DNA from: a virus | Direction: 5' to 3' (one strand) | Length of the DNA stretch: 64,000 nt | Virus record (IMG/VR): IMGVR_UViG_3300010400_000001 | Location: 72,227-136,226 of that record | Program-made: the position numbers and the translations under genes | Shown: positions 1 to 10,284 of the stretch, in pieces | Numbering within the stretch: position 1 is the first letter of the stretch | How the letters are laid out: each line of letters opens with the position of its first letter | The notes under the pieces: model-generated | What the model was told of the DNA's origin: nothing | The model's database searches: none | Seen by the model: the letters and a program-made list of their open reading frames with translations, nothing else

Positions 1-537
1 TACCTCGCCAGCCAAGCGGGGGCCCTTGACGATCGAAATCCGCGCGCGCGTGAGCTCCTCTCGGATGTGCTCGTCACACTCGGCCGAGCCGGCTAGATTC
101 ACGAGTCCGCTCACTTCTTTTTTCCTTGCGCCGGGTACACGATTCGCACGAAGGCATACTCCCAGATGACAACGTCCTGGCCGCGCGCCCACTCCTGAAT
201 CCCTTCGAGCGGCTCCTTCTCGAGCAGGAAGTGTTCGCCGTTCGGACGGACAATGATCCAGTGATTCGCGCCCGAGAGCGGAGCGGGGACGAGCGCTTCC
301 GGATCTGCCGTTGCATGCGCGTCCACCTTGGTTGGTTCTTTATTCATGTGCCTCACAGTTTCGCTACTACTACAGCGATGGCCACGCTCCCCGCGCACCA
401 GCGCGGGCTCGCGCCAAGAGCGAAGGCGCACGCTCCAACGAAGAGCGCGTTACCGAGAATGGTCGTCATGTGCTCCACTTTCTCTGCCACGAGCTTCATT
501 GCCGGGTCGACCCGTTCCGCTTCGTCGAACACGTCTC

Positions 538-1053
538 TCACTTCTCGGCCTCGAGCTCTTTCCTCAAAAGCTCCTGAAGTCGCGGGAGCGCGACCGTCAC
601 CCAGTGCTTGAGCCCGTAGCTCATCCTGTAGACGGCGAACTCGTGCGGCGACTCGAAACTCGTCTCGCGGTACCAATCGTAAAAGCCCACGATATCGTCC
701 TCGACACTCGAGGCGATTTCCCACTCGCGGAGGGCGTCTTCGTGGCTCAGGCGCTGAGCGCGTCGCTCGGTCCGGATGTGCTCCCGAATTTTCTCGAACG
801 TTTCCTGCCCGTCGTAGACCTGGAGTTCCTCTTTCTTCCCCATGCCGAACTTCCCGGCAACGTAGTCCGGGCCAGTGGACTCGAAGAACTGCCGGAAGTC
901 TGGAAACCCCGTGTGCGCAGTCACCCACCGGAAGCACCAGGTCCCGTAGTCCGACAGAACGGCCACGCATCCAGTCGAATCAATGAAGACGATCGACCAC
1001 GAGTCGCTTCCGTCCGGAAGCGCGGGAAGTTGGTAGCGCCACGTCGTCGTCAT
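538..1053 (-). CDS. Hypothetical phage-type protein
   Basis: 171-aa ORF with normal protein composition, tightly packed with neighbouring minus-strand ORFs; no family motif recognised. Confidence 0.55.
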   Translation of the reverse strand: MTTTWRYQLPALPDGSDSWSIVFIDSTGCVAVLSDYGTWCFRWVTAHTGFPDFRQFFESTGPDYVAGKFGMGKKEELQVYDGQETFEKIREHIRTERRAQRLSHEDALREWEIASSVEDDIVGFYDWYRETSFESPHEFAVYRMSYGLKHWVTVALPRLQELLRKELEAEK

Positions 1054-1445
1054 CCTAGAGCGTCGCTCCCAAGTCTTCCAAGACTCTCGCCATGGCGCCG
1101 AGCTCCCTCACGTAGCGCTGCACCTTCCTGTTGACGCGGCCAGCGCGGGAGTCGGAGGCAATATTGCCGAGGCGTTCGGCGCGCCGGAGGACGGCGATCG
1201 CTTCCCGCACGTGACGGGCGGCGTCATCAAAAGCGATGAGTTGGTCACCGACAGTCAAAAGCTCAGTGACGTGCTGCGGAAGCTTCGCGTGCATCGTTTT
1301 TCTCCTGGCGCGTCGTTGCTCGGCGCGACAGGACTCGGGCCCAAGGACAATCCTCGAGCTTCGGCTAGCACTGCTAGCTCGCCTGTGATTCACTGTCAAG
1401 CAGGACTGAAGACGCGGGCACCATCCCCCGTCAAAAGGCTACAAA

Positions 1446-2138
1446 ATGGGACGTTTTCTCGTGCGACTATCGACCGATGAGATGAAGGAGGCGCGAGGGA
1501 TCGCGCGCCATCGCGGCGACACTGGACCAATGGAGGCCCTCGGCGAGCAGGCGATTGCGATCGGTTTTCGGCGGAAGTGGGACGGAGAATTTACGAACCT
1601 TCACAAGTGGGATTCGTGGAAGCGGATTGGCGTGACGCCTGCCGGCCTTATCGTGAAGCTCACTAGGTCGGGTCTTGCAGATCTCGAGCTCGATGAGGCG
1701 GTGCCCGGCGACCACGCCGTCGTCCTGGTCGCCACGCCCGAGCCCGGGCTCTTCGTCTTTCTCGGCTGGACGATGGCGAGTGAAGCGAAGAAGGAGACCT
1801 TCTGGCGCGCTACCACGAAACAGTTCGTGTTTCCGCATGCGTCTCTTCGCTCGTGCTGGGAGCTACGACGTCGGCCGCGGAACTCGAGCGGACGACTGAA
1901 CGCAAACGATCCGGCGGACGACTTCGCCGGCGGCGGCCGCTACCCGCACATGCTCGACACGGACACGGGGAAGCATCCGGCTACGTACGGGAACATCATC
2001 ACGTCGAAGTGGGCCCTTCCGTGCCGGCGGTGCCAGAAAATTATCCCCGTTGGGGTAGCTGTCGGTGGTAACCAGCGTACCGGGACGATCCATGGTGACC
2101 CGAAGGACTGCGGCTTCAAGGCGACCACCGACGAGTGA
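1446..2138 (+). CDS. Hypothetical protein with C-terminal CxxC...HxxxxxC putative Zn-binding element
   Basis: 230-aa ORF containing PCRRC...IHGDPKDC; first gene of the + strand block. Confidence 0.5.
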   Translation: MGRFLVRLSTDEMKEARGIARHRGDTGPMEALGEQAIAIGFRRKWDGEFTNLHKWDSWKRIGVTPAGLIVKLTRSGLADLELDEAVPGDHAVVLVATPEPGLFVFLGWTMASEAKKETFWRATTKQFVFPHASLRSCWELRRRPRNSSGRLNANDPADDFAGGGRYPHMLDTDTGKHPATYGNIITSKWALPCRRCQKIIPVGVAVGGNQRTGTIHGDPKDCGFKATTDE

Positions 2139-2153
2139 GCGCGCATTCAGAAC

Positions 2154-2186
2154 TTGACTGGGATATGCCATCGACAGTATGTCGAT
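2154..2186 (+). promoter_or_regulatory. Sigma70-like promoter with overlapping palindromic operator
   Basis: TTGACT at 2154-2159 and TATGTC at 2178-2183 (18-nt spacing). The inverted repeat ATCGACA-GTA-TGTCGAT (2170-2186) covers the -10, directly upstream of an RHH gene. Confidence 0.55.
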
Positions 2187-2400
2187 AGGTCCCATGTCCG
2201 ACAAAATTTCTACGATGCCGGTGAGAAAGAAACGCGGGCGACCTCGCCCCAATCACTTCTTCGTCATGCTCGACGAGGAAGATCGCATTGCGCTCGAGGA
2301 AGCAGCGAAACTCGAGAAGCTTACAAAGAGCGACGTGCTTCGGCGCGCGCTCCGCGCTTACTACCGAGAACTACGTAAAACACAGGCCATCGCCAGCTAG
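2179..2400 (+). CDS. Ribbon-helix-helix (CopG-like) DNA-binding protein
   Basis: FFVMLDEEDRIALEEAAKLEKLTKSDVLRRALRAY fits the RHH strand-helix-helix pattern; the true start may be a few codons downstream. Confidence 0.7.
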   Translation: MSIGPMSDKISTMPVRKKRGRPRPNHFFVMLDEEDRIALEEAAKLEKLTKSDVLRRALRAYYRELRKTQAIAS

Positions 2401-2418
2401 CCCGAGGAGTCAACCAAA

Positions 2419-3261
2419 ATGGGATTCCTCATCGATCCACGCATGTGGGACGACCCGTGGTTTCGTGGGCTCAAGTCGCCAGGAGCTCGAGAACTCTGGA
2501 TGGGGTGCCTTCTCAGCCGTATCCGAACGAGCCTTCCTGGGCTCGTAGCGAATGCTGGCGTTCTCGTGCTCGGCGAGACGTTGGCGAGGCCCGTCGAGTT
2601 CATCCAAGAGGGCATCGAAGAGCTGCTTTTGCCGGACAAAAACGGAAAGCAACACTTTTTTTGGGATTCTGATTCGAGGGTCATTCGCATCCCGATGGCG
2701 CCGAAGTACCAAAAAGCCGAAAACCCGAATCAGCTGCTCGGTTGGTACCGAAACTGGCGGGACATCCCAGAGTGCCAGCTCAAGTGGGACCACCTCGGGA
2801 CGCTGCCGCTCGGGGTGAACTTCGAAAACAAGAACATGCGGCAGCTGTGGGCGGAGATTTTTGGCCCCATCGTCGACGCTCACAACCGCGGGGTGAAGCT
2901 CACGAGCAACGCCGAGCTTCCAGCAGGCTGGCGGCCGTCGCGAGGCAAGAAGCCTCTGGATCTGGATCTGAAAGGGGATCTGAAAGGGGATCGGGATCTG
3001 GATCTGGATCTGGATCCCACGGTTACCCAAACCGTTTCGAAACGGTTACAAGTTGTTAAAATCACACCAGAACCCCAGAATCGGAAAAATCCCGCAAGTC
3101 GTTCGCAAAATCACAGCACGACCGGTCGTAAAAGTTTAGTGGGGTCGGGCGGGGCCACCGATAGCACCAGTCTCCGGGCTACCGATGACCCGGAAGTACT
3201 TGAAAAGAATGGGTGGAAGAAGACGAAGGGCGGCACGTGGATGCCTCCCGGTTACTGTTAA
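2419..3261 (+). CDS. Putative phage replication initiator
   Basis: N-terminus IDPRMWDDPWFRGL and a DLDLD low-complexity tract resemble phage initiators. It contains iteron-like repeats and lies directly upstream of the helicase loader and DnaB. Confidence 0.6.
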   Translation: MGFLIDPRMWDDPWFRGLKSPGARELWMGCLLSRIRTSLPGLVANAGVLVLGETLARPVEFIQEGIEELLLPDKNGKQHFFWDSDSRVIRIPMAPKYQKAENPNQLLGWYRNWRDIPECQLKWDHLGTLPLGVNFENKNMRQLWAEIFGPIVDAHNRGVKLTSNAELPAGWRPSRGKKPLDLDLKGDLKGDRDLDLDLDPTVTQTVSKRLQVVKITPEPQNRKNPASRSQNHSTTGRKSLVGSGGATDSTSLRATDDPEVLEKNGWKKTKGGTWMPPGYC

Positions 3262-3340
3262 ACCCTTTCGAAACCGTTTACCTAACCGTTTCGAAACGGT
3301 TACCCAAACCGTTTACCTAACCGTTCCGGAACCCTTCCGA
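2958..3340. repeat. Putative replication origin: palindromic iterons and GGATCT hexamer repeats
   Basis: Perfect palindrome AACCGTTTCGAAACGGTT at 3030-3047 and 3284-3301. ACGGTTACCCAAACCGTTT occurs at both sites, with further AACCGTT half-sites at 3260-3340 and a GGATCT tract at about 2958-3016. Confidence 0.7.
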
Positions 3341-3346
3341 AGGCAC

Positions 3347-4240
3347 ATGGACCACGTTCAGAAGTCATTCGACGACGTAACTGCCGAATTTTCCTTGGCA
3401 AGGTCCAGGGACCAACAAGAACTCAAGGCTGCCTCGAGTGCCGCGGGAAGCCCCGGGAAGGTCCTAGCAACGCTCGCCCCGCTCGTTTCCGCGGCGTGCC
3501 CGGTCGACATCAGCGAAGCGGGTCTCGTGTCGCACCCGACCGTTTGGTACCGGGACTCCGAGCGTCGACTGAAGCTTTGTGGGCAATGCCCCCCGCACGG
3601 CGGCGCCTGCGCGGAGGACGAGACGTCGCTCCGTGTGGGCAAGGTGCCTACCTGGGAGGGCGAGGTACTCCGGGCGCTGCCGTGCGCGCGCTGGCAAGAG
3701 CATCGGGTGCGAGAGCGTCTGCGCGGGAGCGGCGTCCCCCGGGCGCTCCTGAACTCGACCTTCAGCGATTTCGATCAGCCAACCGCGGGCTCGGAGCTCT
3801 CGAAGCTTCCGGAGTTCGTCTCGAGTCTGCTTCGGCACGAGCCCGGTTGGCTAGTCGTCACGGGTCCGCACGGCAGCGGCAAGACGCGTCTCTCGGTCGC
3901 GACGCTTCGAAGTCTCGTTACACGCGCGCCTCGAGCGCTGCTCTGGTACGCCGACGTCCCGTCAGTCCGTGCGTTCATGAAACAACGCTACGACTCGGAC
4001 GAGACGATGGGCGATCCGTTCGAGCACGCGCGCATGGCCGACGTCACGGTGATCGACAATCTCGATCCGCAGAAAGCCGGAACCGAATCCTGGTTCACAG
4101 AGCGGCTCGAGGCCGTACTGCGACAACGCTTTCTCGATGAGCGCGCGACGATCGTGACCACGCGCTCGACCACCGAAGAGCTCGCCAAACATTTTCGTTC
4201 GGTAACGTTCGACGAGGTCCCTGTTTGCAGCCTGCAGTAA
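3347..4240 (+). CDS. DnaC/IstB-like AAA+ ATPase (helicase loader)
   Basis: Walker A GPHGSGKT, Walker B-like VTVIDNL, TIVTT motif and N-terminal Cys cluster; located between the initiator and DnaB. Confidence 0.8.
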   Translation: MDHVQKSFDDVTAEFSLARSRDQQELKAASSAAGSPGKVLATLAPLVSAACPVDISEAGLVSHPTVWYRDSERRLKLCGQCPPHGGACAEDETSLRVGKVPTWEGEVLRALPCARWQEHRVRERLRGSGVPRALLNSTFSDFDQPTAGSELSKLPEFVSSLLRHEPGWLVVTGPHGSGKTRLSVATLRSLVTRAPRALLWYADVPSVRAFMKQRYDSDETMGDPFEHARMADVTVIDNLDPQKAGTESWFTERLEAVLRQRFLDERATIVTTRSTTEELAKHFRSVTFDEVPVCSLQ

Positions 4241-5664
4241 AGCAACCCGCTGAGCTTCGGCCGCGAGAGGGTAGGCCGCCGCCGCTAGATCTCGACGCGG
4301 AGGCTGCGGTGCTGAGCACCGTGCTGCTCGTCCCAGCAGCGTTCGATGAAGTCGCCGGCGTGCTCCAGGCTCACATGTTTTACTCCGAGGCGAACAAACG
4401 CATCTTCGAAGCCGCGACCTCGCTCAGGCAAGCCGAGAGCGCGATCGATTTCGTGACGGTCGCCGCGTGGCTCAATCGCGAAGGGAAACTCGCCGTCGTC
4501 GGTGGGACGCCGTATCTCACGATGCTGACGGACGAGACGCCGTTCGTGAACAACGTTCTCCACCACGCCGAGATCGTGCGCGACCGATGGCAACTCCGCC
4601 GGCTCATCGTCGAGTGTCAGAATTACGCCGCGCTCGCATACACGTCGAGTGAGCCGGCGATCACGATCGTTCAAGCCGCGGAGGGCGCGATCGCCGAGCT
4701 CTCGGTGCACGGCGCCGGCAAAGACCTCGAGCACGTCGGCACGATCATCGAATCCGAAGTCGAAGTGCTCGCAACGATCCAAACCGACGGCGTTCGTAAT
4801 CACGGGACCGGGATCCCAACCGGCTTCGAAAATCTCGACGGGCTCATGGGCGGTCTCCATCGCGGCGACCTGTACATCGTCGCTGGTCGCCCCGGCATGG
4901 GCAAATCGTCGCTCGCAAGAAACGTTGCCGTGAACGTAGCGCGCCCCCGCCGTCACGCAGTTGCATTCTTCACGCTCGAGATGCCGAAGAGCCAAGTCGC
5001 GATCGGTTTCGCATGCAGCGAGCGCGACGTCCGAATGGCGAACGTCAGAAAAAATGCACTTGGTCCAGACGAGTGGGAAAACTTCAAACTCGGCGCGCGC
5101 GAACTCGCGTCTTACCCGATTTGGATCGACGACACGCCGGCGCTCTCGCTCTTCGACATTCGGGCTCGCGTGCGAAAGCTGCAGCGAGACATAGCGGCCA
5201 AGCGGACGCCGGTCGAGTGTGAAGAACTCGGTCTCGTTGTCGTGGACTACTTGCAACTCATGCGCGGCGTCAGGAGCTACAACGACAATCGAGAGAACGA
5301 AGTGTCGAGCCTGAGCCGCGGACTGAAAGAGCTCGCCAAAAACTTCAACGTGCCCGTGATGGCGCTCAGCCAACTCAATCGCTCCGTCGAAACGAAGCCG
5401 AAGAAAGATCGCCGTCCACAGCTTTCAGATCTCCGCGAGTCGGGAGCGATCGAGCAAGACGCCGACGCCGTCGGGTTCGTTTACCGACCGGAGTACTACG
5501 ACAAGGAAGCGCGCAAGGGCGACGCCGAGTTCATCATCGCGAAACAGCGTAACGGCCCGCCAGGAACCGTCACGATGCACTTCAAGGGCGACTCGATGCG
5601 CTTTTACGAACGAGCGCACGAGACCCTCGAAGAGCTCGAGTCCGACTTCATCGAAGACCGATGA
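4225..5664 (+). CDS. dnaB: Replicative DNA helicase DnaB
   Basis: Motifs AEAAVL, GIPTGF, AGRPGMGKS, VVDYLQLM, ALSQLNR, SDLRESGAIEQDAD and IIAKQRNGP. Confidence 0.97.
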   Translation: MQPAVKQPAELRPREGRPPPLDLDAEAAVLSTVLLVPAAFDEVAGVLQAHMFYSEANKRIFEAATSLRQAESAIDFVTVAAWLNREGKLAVVGGTPYLTMLTDETPFVNNVLHHAEIVRDRWQLRRLIVECQNYAALAYTSSEPAITIVQAAEGAIAELSVHGAGKDLEHVGTIIESEVEVLATIQTDGVRNHGTGIPTGFENLDGLMGGLHRGDLYIVAGRPGMGKSSLARNVAVNVARPRRHAVAFFTLEMPKSQVAIGFACSERDVRMANVRKNALGPDEWENFKLGARELASYPIWIDDTPALSLFDIRARVRKLQRDIAAKRTPVECEELGLVVVDYLQLMRGVRSYNDNRENEVSSLSRGLKELAKNFNVPVMALSQLNRSVETKPKKDRRPQLSDLRESGAIEQDADAVGFVYRPEYYDKEARKGDAEFIIAKQRNGPPGTVTMHFKGDSMRFYERAHETLEELESDFIEDR

Positions 5665-5728
5665 ATCCTGCCGTACGCGCGATGGCGCTTGAGCCTGCCC
5701 GGGCCTGCCGCTAGTCTGTGACTCACCG

Positions 5729-7213
5729 ATGGCCAGGGACGACGTCACGCTCTACGACATCCCACCTGCGTTTCAGAAGCGGCTCCTGAAGTGGCTCGAC
5801 AAGGGCGACGGCGTCCAGCTCACGGCGTATGCGGGAGGCTTCAACGTGCGGGCACTCGGTCCGTACGGCGAGCCGTTCACTGCGCGCACGTTCGAAGCGG
5901 CGCTCCTCGGCGCGATGAAGTCGCGCGCGGAGCAGCAGATCGATCCCGAGTTCGGTCGGCGCGTGCATGCGTGGCTCGAGGCGCATGACGCGGAGATGAC
6001 CATCACGTCGCCGAAGACGAATCAGTTTCGTATGCGTCTCCTCGCGGACGACGGTCGCCTTGTCGCCGCCGCGATCGACGAAGATCTCGAGGTCGCTCTC
6101 GTGTTCGCCGAAGATCAGTTTCTCGCGCTGCTAGGCGAAGAGCCGGAGGAAGAGCCCGAGACCAGTCCGGCTCGTACTCGTCATCGCGAAGAAGTCGAAC
6201 CCGAGACGATCGCGGCAGAGACTCGAGCAGCAGAGACACGCGCCATGGATCCGAAAACGACGCGAACGCTCTTCGACGATCAGCTCACGATGCCCGCGCG
6301 CTACTCGCGCAATGCCGACATGCCGCCGCCCAGGCGCGGAGCGCGCCGCTCGCGCGAGCTTCCGAGCGTGCGTCGCATGGTCGAGCGCGAAGAAGCTCGG
6401 CAGCGCAGAGCCGAGCGTCCGTTCGATCCGGAAGCACCACGCGCGCACTACGCGAAGTCGCATCACTTCGCAGTGAACGAGTCGGGCTATGGCTACGGGC
6501 CAAGCGAGACCGGGCGCTACGTGCTGTTTCACGACAGTCGCGAGGTGATGCGCGGAACCGAAGCAGAGATCTGGAAAGAGCTCCCCCGGCACCCGTACAG
6601 CGTGGAGCACGCGCTTCGCCACGAGGGCTATCACATCGAGGCCGAGGTCCCGTCCATGGCGGTGAACTCGTCGTGGCCCGAGTACTACGAAGACGTCGTT
6701 GAGGAACTGAAGAAGCTCGGTCTTCGTCGCTCGGACGCTGACGACTACGCCTCGAAGATCCGCGCGAGCTGGTCAACGGCGCAATCGCCCGCGCGAGTCG
6801 CGCGCGAGATCAAAGCCATCGAGTCGGGCGAGCTTCGACAGAACCAAGAGCGCGACGTGCTTCGTGACGTGATGCTCGCCGACACGGGCTACCGACTCGT
6901 CGTCTGGGACACGCATCGCACGGATCATCGCGGGCAGACGGTCATGGGTTACGAGTTCTTCGAACCAGGCGAGCCCGAGCCTCTCTTCACCGGCGAAGAC
7001 TTTGCGGGTTCGCCGATGCACGGGGATGATTCGGACGAGACCGTGCGATCTCTTCTCGGCTTTCTCACGCTCCGTCCGGGCGATACGGATCGCGAGTACT
7101 TCGACGCCTACACGCCGCGGCAGATGGCGTTTGCCGAGGGCGATGCCGAAGAGCTAGCAATGTTCGGCATGGACGACCCAGAGTTCGACCCGCCGCCACT
7201 GGTCGATCGCTGA
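5729..7213 (+). CDS. Hypothetical modular acidic protein
   Basis: 494-aa ORF that appears to consist of several short modules; no family recognised. Confidence 0.5.
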   Translation: MARDDVTLYDIPPAFQKRLLKWLDKGDGVQLTAYAGGFNVRALGPYGEPFTARTFEAALLGAMKSRAEQQIDPEFGRRVHAWLEAHDAEMTITSPKTNQFRMRLLADDGRLVAAAIDEDLEVALVFAEDQFLALLGEEPEEEPETSPARTRHREEVEPETIAAETRAAETRAMDPKTTRTLFDDQLTMPARYSRNADMPPPRRGARRSRELPSVRRMVEREEARQRRAERPFDPEAPRAHYAKSHHFAVNESGYGYGPSETGRYVLFHDSREVMRGTEAEIWKELPRHPYSVEHALRHEGYHIEAEVPSMAVNSSWPEYYEDVVEELKKLGLRRSDADDYASKIRASWSTAQSPARVAREIKAIESGELRQNQERDVLRDVMLADTGYRLVVWDTHRTDHRGQTVMGYEFFEPGEPEPLFTGEDFAGSPMHGDDSDETVRSLLGFLTLRPGDTDREYFDAYTPRQMAFAEGDAEELAMFGMDDPEFDPPPLVDR

Positions 7214-7243
7214 TCTGGCAGGATTAACGCCCCGGCGTTTCTC

Positions 7244-7273
7244 TAGACATGTACCCGGGGAGTCCTGTACTCT
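7244..7273 (+). promoter_or_regulatory. Putative promoter containing the ATGTACCCGGG motif
   Basis: TAGACA-18 nt-TACTCT upstream of the ATG at 7281; ATGTACCCGGG is also present in the promoter at 29083-29111. Confidence 0.5.
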
Positions 7274-7280
7274 TTGGACC

Positions 7281-7799
7281 ATGCCGTTCACCGTCATCTC
7301 GTACCAAGACCCCACCTTTTTCGCGAATGCGTTCCCCCCGCCCGCAGTCGCGTTTCTGACCAAGGTAATCGAGAGTGCGGATCCGGAAGACATGCGAGTG
7401 CGCGTTGCCGCTGCGCTCGCGGAAGTCGTCGCGCTGAACGTGCTCATCGCCGCTGCGTTTCCGGATGACAACGATCCGCAGCTCACGCTCACCGACTGCG
7501 ACCTCGCCGGTGGCGGCGACGGTCATCCGTTCGTGTTCACGATGTTCTTCGTTCCGCAGACGGCGAACGTTCTGGCGGCGATCATCGACCTCACGCCAGG
7601 CGACATGGCGCCGCAAAATTTCCGGTTCGAGTTCGCGCTCGCCGGCGAAGGCGAAAAGCTCGATTCGGAAATCAACGCCGCTCTCATCCGGGCCATCGGC
7701 GGCATCGACGCGACGATTCTTTTCCAGAACACGCGCGGCGCGGCCAAGGGCACGCGGTTCATGTTCTGCGTCGGCGGCTTGCCCGAAAACATCGGGTAG
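7281..7799 (+). CDS. Probable virion protein, paralogue of the N-terminal domain of the collagen-like fibre
   Basis: VIESADPE / LAGGGDG / GAAKGTRFM match VVESADPE / LAGAGDG / GASKGLLFM in 41942-43507. Confidence 0.65.
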   Translation: MPFTVISYQDPTFFANAFPPPAVAFLTKVIESADPEDMRVRVAAALAEVVALNVLIAAAFPDDNDPQLTLTDCDLAGGGDGHPFVFTMFFVPQTANVLAAIIDLTPGDMAPQNFRFEFALAGEGEKLDSEINAALIRAIGGIDATILFQNTRGAAKGTRFMFCVGGLPENIG

Positions 7800-7806
7800 G
7801 TTCCCG

Positions 7807-7840
7807 TAAAAAACCGGAGGCATATCCCTCCGGTTTTATT
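7807..7840. terminator. Intrinsic terminator, possibly bidirectional
   Basis: AAAACCGGAGG-CATATC-CCTCCGGTTTT hairpin flanked by A and T runs, just after the stop codon at 7799. Confidence 0.8.
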
Positions 7841-8380
7841 CGGTTGAATCGCTCGCCCCCGTCCGTATCCTGGACGGCATGATCGAAGCCGAGCCGTTCG
7901 GTCCGTTTCCGCCGGGGACTCCGGAGCCACCGGCGCACGCGAAAACCATCGAGCTCGGTAACGACGAGGTGCTCGCGGCCGTGATGGCGTATGTCGGCCG
8001 CGAGAGGAATGAGCACTACCCGGGCTACGCTTTCTTGCAGGCCCAGGTCACGAGCGGCCCATCGCCTACCATCACGCTGCGCGTGACTTACTGGAAGACC
8101 GAGGAAGCGGCGAAGTGAAGAGCGGCACCGCGCACTCTCTCGTCAGCGACGTGACCCCGTGGTGGTGGGCTCAGCACTGGGAGAAGCGACTGCCCGGCGT
8201 CGCGATGACGCTCGACCTCATCGCGGGACGCGAAGACATCGAGACGATCTCGATTTCGCGAGACGGCGTGAAGGTCACCGTGATGATCGAGGAGGACGAA
8301 GACGTGGGCCTGCTCCAGGCGCGCACGGAAGAGCTGCGCTGGAAGCTCGACGAACTCGTGGACGCGGAAGGAGGGGCGAC

Positions 8381-8755
8381 GTGAGCTGCGACATTGATGG
8401 CTACAACGAATTCGAGTCCATCAGCTATCCGAGAGCGCGGAAGGAGCACGAGTGCTGCGCCTGCAAAGAAACGATTCGTCGCGGCGATAAGTACGAGCGC
8501 ATCGCGTTCAAATGGGACGGCGAATTCGAATGCCTCGTGCGGTGCCTTCGCTGCTGCGCCATCGCCGAGGCTTGTCATGCGCGCTTAGCGGATTGGAACG
8601 AGGAGGGCGTGGCGTACCGCCTGAACTGTGGGCACGAGTGGTCGGAGCGCTTTGAAGAAGAGCCCCCGCCCGAGGTCGCTCGGCTTGCGTTTCTGACTCC
8701 GGATGAGGCGCAGCGCGAACTCCTCAAGCCTCCGCTGCGGAAGAGCGATGAGTGA
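8381..8755 (+). CDS. Small Cys-rich phage protein
   Basis: ARKEHECCACKETIRRGDKY...CLRC Zn-finger-like pattern; its GTG start overlaps the previous stop. Confidence 0.6.
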   Translation: MSCDIDGYNEFESISYPRARKEHECCACKETIRRGDKYERIAFKWDGEFECLVRCLRCCAIAEACHARLADWNEEGVAYRLNCGHEWSERFEEEPPPEVARLAFLTPDEAQRELLKPPLRKSDE

Positions 8756-8998
8756 GACAGAGCGCAAGTGGGAGCTGATCTTCCTTGTCGCTCAGCACGA
8801 CGGGCCGGGATGGCAACCCCCGTACATCATCGAGCGCGAGGCCTATCATCTGCCCGAGCACAAGTGCTGGAACGTCAACGTTCGTGAGCCCGGGTGTCGC
8901 TCGAGGATGATTCAGTCCGTGCCCGAGGAGCGGGTTTACCGGACGCGAGAAGCCGCGGAGGAGCGCTTGCGAGAAGTGGCCAAAGAGGAGCCGCGGGA

Positions 8999-9523
8999 GT
9001 GATCTTCCTGCCGTGGGCGCTCGGCGTCGATCCTGGCTACCGGAATTTCGGCCTTGGGCTCATTACCCGCGACGCTCCGTCCGAGCCGTGGCGTGCCGTT
9101 CATGTGCAAACAGTACGCACGTCCTCGAAGCTCTCGTTTCATGAGCGCTCGGAAGTGATCTACGACGCCCTGGAGAGAGCCGTCGGGCAGCGCCTCGGCA
9201 TCTCTAGTGGCGTCATTGGTTGCGAGAGCCAGATTGCGGCAGAGGGAAAGCGGCAACGCGGGCAGACGAGCTACGAAGCGATGCTCGTGCAGCAGATCGT
9301 CGGCATCGTGCGGGCGATTGCCCTTCGTCACCGCATGCGATTCGAGGAGGTGCCGGTGACCGACGTGAAAGCGGTGCTCCGCGGCATCCCGCGCACGGCA
9401 TCCAAGACGCAGGTCGCTCGTGCGACCCGCGCCGTCATCCGCGATTGTCCCGAGAAGATGTCTCCTCACGCCACGGACGCTCTGGCCACTGCGCTGGCCG
9501 CAGCGAGGCGGTGCGTTCGATGA
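8999..9523 (+). CDS. RuvC-like Holliday junction resolvase
   Basis: LGVDPG (Asp), IGCESQ (Glu), VKA...ASKTQV and HATDALATA match the RuvC pattern. Confidence 0.8.
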   Translation: MIFLPWALGVDPGYRNFGLGLITRDAPSEPWRAVHVQTVRTSSKLSFHERSEVIYDALERAVGQRLGISSGVIGCESQIAAEGKRQRGQTSYEAMLVQQIVGIVRAIALRHRMRFEEVPVTDVKAVLRGIPRTASKTQVARATRAVIRDCPEKMSPHATDALATALAAARRCVR

Positions 9524-10284
9524 CGTTAGAAGAGATCCCGGTGCTCTACCGGAACGTCTGGGCCATCTACGAGGCTCTCCGGCGCTTCGGTTTTTCCGAT
9601 GACCAGATCCTGTACATCGCCGGCCCAGTCGTGCTCGTCACTGGCGAGGCTTATAGCGAGCCGTGGCTCTCCATCGAGCTCCAGGCGCAGGGCACGACGT
9701 TCGTTGCCAACGTAGGGCCGCTCGATCGCGGGATCGACGAGGCCCGCGTGCTCTGGGAGAAGATCCGAGCTGGGATCGGCGACCACTCGATTGAGGATGA
9801 GACGCTGCAGCGAATCTGGAAAGAGTCCGCAATGTCCGACGAGCGCGCCGTGCAGTCACTGGCGCTCGCGATCATGAACCGAGGGATCGACATCCCGCTT
9901 CTCGCGAACTGATGGCAGACGAGCCGAAAGAAAAACGCTGGCTCGTCGCCGATAAGCGTGGCGGCGCGTACGGCACCGTGAGGGGGCCCAGTTGGTTTGC
10001 GGCCCGACAGAAAGCGGAGCTCCGGTGGCGTGTCCCGCTTGCCTATCTGGCGGCGCGCGAGCAGCCCGTGCTTCCCGGAGAAGATGGGACAGACGACACG
10101 TTGTTCCGGCTTCTTGGAATTAACTACAGAGTCTTTCCGTTGGACTGGGTGTTGGGGGTTACGGATGCGCAGCCGTCCCCGCTGCCCTCGCTGGTGTGGT
10201 TTCCCGAGTGCACGTTGAAGTTTCCCGAGCTACCGCTGCTCCAGAAACGAAAGCCACGGAAGAAACGAAAGCGACGACAAAAAC

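Noticed and set aside
2410-3030. Minus-strand ORF with IQIQIQ repeat
   Set aside because: It is the antisense of the GGATCT (DLDLD) tract of the initiator-like gene.
3347-4240. Genome-packaging ATPase or IS21 IstB
   Set aside because: Its position between the initiator and DnaB, and the absence of an IstA transposase, favour a helicase loader.
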